Shown in pieces: positions 61,364 to 64,000 of a stretch of 64,000 bases of DNA. This DNA is from Macrostomum lignano (taxonomy: Eukaryota). The stretch covers positions 6,630-70,629 of the forward strand of contig NIVC01000910.1 in the NCBI GenBank assembly GCA_002269645.1, written 5' to 3'. The notes under the pieces are model-generated. The model saw only the letters and a program-made list of their open reading frames with translations, searched no databases and was not told the DNA's origin. A program made the translations under genes and the position numbers. Every line of letters begins with the position of its first letter. Positions within the stretch are counted from its first letter, which is position 1.

Positions 61364-61882
61364 CTAATTAAATTTATTTTTTCTTAAGCAACTCTCAAAC
61401 CTTTGCAGAATTCTTTCATTCAAGTGGCTCTGCTGATTTGCATGGAGGTGCCGCAGAACCCACTCAAACGAGCGCTTGAAACGAAACTTTTGATAGGCAA
61501 ACAAGAGACAGAACAAACCGCATTTAGCAGAGTTGCAGCTCTGAATTCGATTCACATTGCTACGTAAGTAGAATGGAGAATACCAAAAGGATTTCAGTGC
61601 TCTGTGAATGATCTCTAAAGTGCTTGAGTCCCAGCCCAGAGAGTTAAAGAGTTCTATGGAATTCTCCTTATTGGCATAACAAACCACCCAGTGACCAAAG
61701 GACGAGCCGTACTGAAGCAGAAAGAAAATAAACCTACATCGAGATAAATTTCTTTTGAGAGTTGCTCGCTGAATAAAGTTTAAAGCATAAGATGTTTTAT
61801 TTATTGAATTCAAGACAATAATTAAATAGTTATTTTGTGGCAAAAAGCTTTTAGCCAGTTTAAGCAGTTGAAAAGCATCCAT
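61364..61882 (-). CDS. Adenain-like cysteine maturation protease
   Basis: GHWVV (His), FNSLG (D/N position) and IQS.NSAKCGLFC (Gln and Cys). Confidence 0.88.
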   Translation of the reverse strand: MDAFQLLKLAKSFLPQNNYLIIVLNSINKTSYALNFIQRATLKRNLSRCRFIFFLLQYGSSFGHWVVCYANKENSIELFNSLGWDSSTLEIIHRALKSFWYSPFYLRSNVNRIQSCNSAKCGLFCLLFAYQKFRFKRSFEWVLRHLHANQQSHLNERILQRFESCLRKNKFN

Positions 61883-61905
61883 ATTAGCGTTGCGCCAGCG
61901 TACTC

Positions 61906-63187
61906 CTAGGATGGAAAATCTAGCAGAATCTCCCTGTGCTTCGTGACCTCAATCAGTGAGTCATACAGGCACATAACAATCAGAGATACAGGCTCCTCCA
62001 GGGCCTGTCGGAAGCGAATCTCCAGCCGCAAATTTCCCTCCTTCTGTCCGTACCACAGGGCCGCTCCCTCAGGCGTGAGATCGAATGCGAAAGCTGTGTT
62101 GCCGTTGGAGAACAACTGGTAGGGGACCCACGGAACCGAGTTGGTAGGGCTGGCAGACTGACAGCTTTTCAGGTAGTGCAAGTACTCTCTCACGAATGAA
62201 TTATTCTCAGGTGCAAATGCAGCGTGGCACATGGCTTCACCACCTTTCTTTAGTGCTAGCTGGCTGAGGTTGAAGCTCTGGAACTCGAAGGGGCTGGAAT
62301 GGTGATGGCCATTGAAGGCTCGGTGGTTCACGAAGACCAGCATAACGAACTTCGGCAGTTTGCCATGGGTGAATCCTTCAATGTTTTTTGACTGAATTCC
62401 CTGGGGTAGAATGAAGTTTTGCATTTCGGTTCGCTCGATGGGGTAAAGTGCGTTCTGATTGGTAAGTCCCTGCTCATGCGCTAGGCTGATGTGAGGCGCC
62501 ACTTTGACTCGGCGCAGGTTCAGAATACAATGGGAAATTTCAATTCGGTAGGCTGTGTTGTTCTCATCTGGGGTTCGGATGGCAAATGCAGCTTCACTGG
62601 GCATCAGCTTGATGTGCAGGTGTAAATTGTTCAGCAGCAGAACAGGACACTGGAAGATGTCGCTGAGCAGCGGTCCCGCATACTCCACCCAGCGGGACTC
62701 CCTGTGTCTCTCGGCATGCCCCTCAGCAGCAGTTTCGGGTTCCAGGAATCCGGCGGGGTAGAAATTTAACTGCTGAGCATCGGATGAGCTCATGAGAGCT
62801 TTTAGGTAGGCATGGTAGGGGTAGAGCTGGTCTCCGCCAGAGACAATGCGCTGGTTGATGCTCACGATTACATCTGAGAATGCCGTAGATAGGACAAAGT
62901 TTTCTGGGTGCACCCCACTGTCTCTGCGCTCAGTGACAACTCCATCGGCATTCCGAACCTCCTCCCTCATCAAAGCCCCGCCAAGCCGGACTAGGCGACA
63001 GCGAATATACAGGAATGAGCTCAGCAGATCAGTGTACTCATCAGCCGATGGATGGCAGTCGAATTCAATTGGTGAGTTAGTAGAAATAGAGTTCACGGGT
63101 GAATATCAACATACGTGATTTTTCAATAGCAGTCTGCAGCACGGGGGACTTGAACAAATCGAGTCTCGGGTTGAATCCGTAAGCCAT
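61906..63187 (-). CDS. Double jelly-roll major capsid protein (N-terminus joined across two apparent 1-nt deletions near 63100)
   Basis: MAYGFNPRLDLFKSPVLQTAIEK / NSPIEF, YPYHAYLKAL, LPKFVMLVFVNHRAFNG..SPFEF, AFAFDLTP and GNLRLEIRF..AL. Confidence 0.93.
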
Positions 63188-63189
63188 TG

Positions 63190-63604
63190 CTATGAGAGTG
63201 AGTCCAGAACACGCTTCACAGTTTCTTTGCCCACTTTTTGTTTTCTTTGCCTGTTTTCTTGGTCTGTGTTTTAGTCGTTCTTTCTTAGGTTGCTTGCTTG
63301 TTCTGACCTTGCTTGTTTTGCGTGCTTCGCCACTTTTTTCCTTCTTCTTCATGCGCACCTGCTTTTTATTCACCTTTTTAGCCTGTCCTTGATTTCCTAT
63401 GTTTCTATTACTCGTACTATTGCTTCTGCTGCTACTGCTGGTTTGTACAGGCTTTGATGCTAATGATGATGATGATGTTATGGAAGGTGCTGGAGGAGGC
63501 TGGTAAGTCATTATTCCAGGAAAACTCCCGCAGCCATAGAGCATGGACTTTTCATTTCCCGTCCGAGTCCCTGAATACTGCCGAATCAGCTGCTGATAGT
63601 TCAT
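63190..63604 (-). CDS. Basic Lys/Arg-rich putative core/DNA-condensing protein (one apparent indel)
   Basis: N-terminus YQQLIRQYSG..YGCGSFPG followed by a very basic tail. An alternative-frame TAG lies 2 nt before the MCP ATG. Confidence 0.5.
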
Positions 63605-64000
63605 TGCATTGGTCTCTCACGTATCAGAATTGTGAGCAGAACAGGGCTGCCGCTATGAGCAGTCAGTGAGAAGCCAAAGATGTCTCGCAGTTGAACTCGA
63701 ATGCTGTGTAGAAAATTTGTTTTCTGAATGGGGAAGAAAACTGTTTCTTAAACACTTTGCTCCAGTAGCTTCCCCATCCGGCTTCAGGATTCATGTTCAC
63801 AGTTCGCAGCAGGGAATTCCAGTTGCAATTAGTTGACTCCACAATGCTACAATGCACGTTGATCAGATTGGTGGGCGGGCAGCCAATGTGGTACATGGAA
63901 ACTTGGCGCCCAGGTGGAATTTTCACGGACTGATTTCCGAATCCCAGCCACTGCAGAATTTTACTTGATGGAAGGAATAATTCTGCTCGAGCCGTGTTGT
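63601..64000 (-). CDS. C-terminal part of the minor capsid (penton) protein, with one frameshift; the gene starts beyond the window
   Basis: INVHCSIVES..LLRTV..F.K..F..F, then RDIFGFSL..SGSPVLLTILIRE. Located just upstream of the core and MCP genes. Confidence 0.75.

Larger units (their letters stand above)
51002..64000. mobile_element. Polinton/Maverick (endogenous adintovirus-like element), left part; continues beyond the window
   Basis: AGTAGTAGT terminus at an abrupt AT-to-GC transition. Contains pPolB, A32-like ATPase, adenain protease, major and minor capsid genes. Integrase and right TIR are not in the window. Confidence 0.95.

Overview
Eukaryotic (animal) genomic DNA, very rich in micro- and minisatellites. 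The GC-rich Ala/Gln-rich exons and repeat-filled introns suggest a flatworm such as Macrostomum, but that is inference only. Left to right: (1) a (CAGA)n array holding a 208-bp MITE with an 8-bp TSD, then CT-rich repeats, a possible decayed LINE, and about 10 copies of a ~600-bp satellite with (AGAAT)n tracts; (2) the 3' exons of an unidentified minus-strand host gene; (3) a KDZ (Kyakuja-Dileera-Zisupton) DNA transposon region with an intact spliced ~830-aa transposase, next to an intact spliced C2H2 zinc-finger + SET8/PR-Set7-like histone methyltransferase gene; (4) a minus-strand Ty3/Gypsy LTR retrotransposon with a triplicated tRNA-Leu primer-binding site, a GGGAAAC slippery site and a truncated 3' LTR; (5) the last ten exons of a phospholipase C-beta gene, whose introns are mostly minisatellite; (6) the left ~13 kb of a Polinton/Maverick starting at an AGTAGTAGT terminus at 51002. 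The Polinton encodes pPolB, packaging ATPase, adenain protease, major and minor capsid proteins, a DEDD-like nuclease and, unexpectedly, a divergent intronless TATA-binding-protein homolog. The Polinton-borne TBP and the transposon-linked ZnF-SET8 gene are the strongest candidates for undescribed systems. Several single-base frameshifts may be decay or long-read assembly errors. All homology calls are from motif recognition; no database searches were run.
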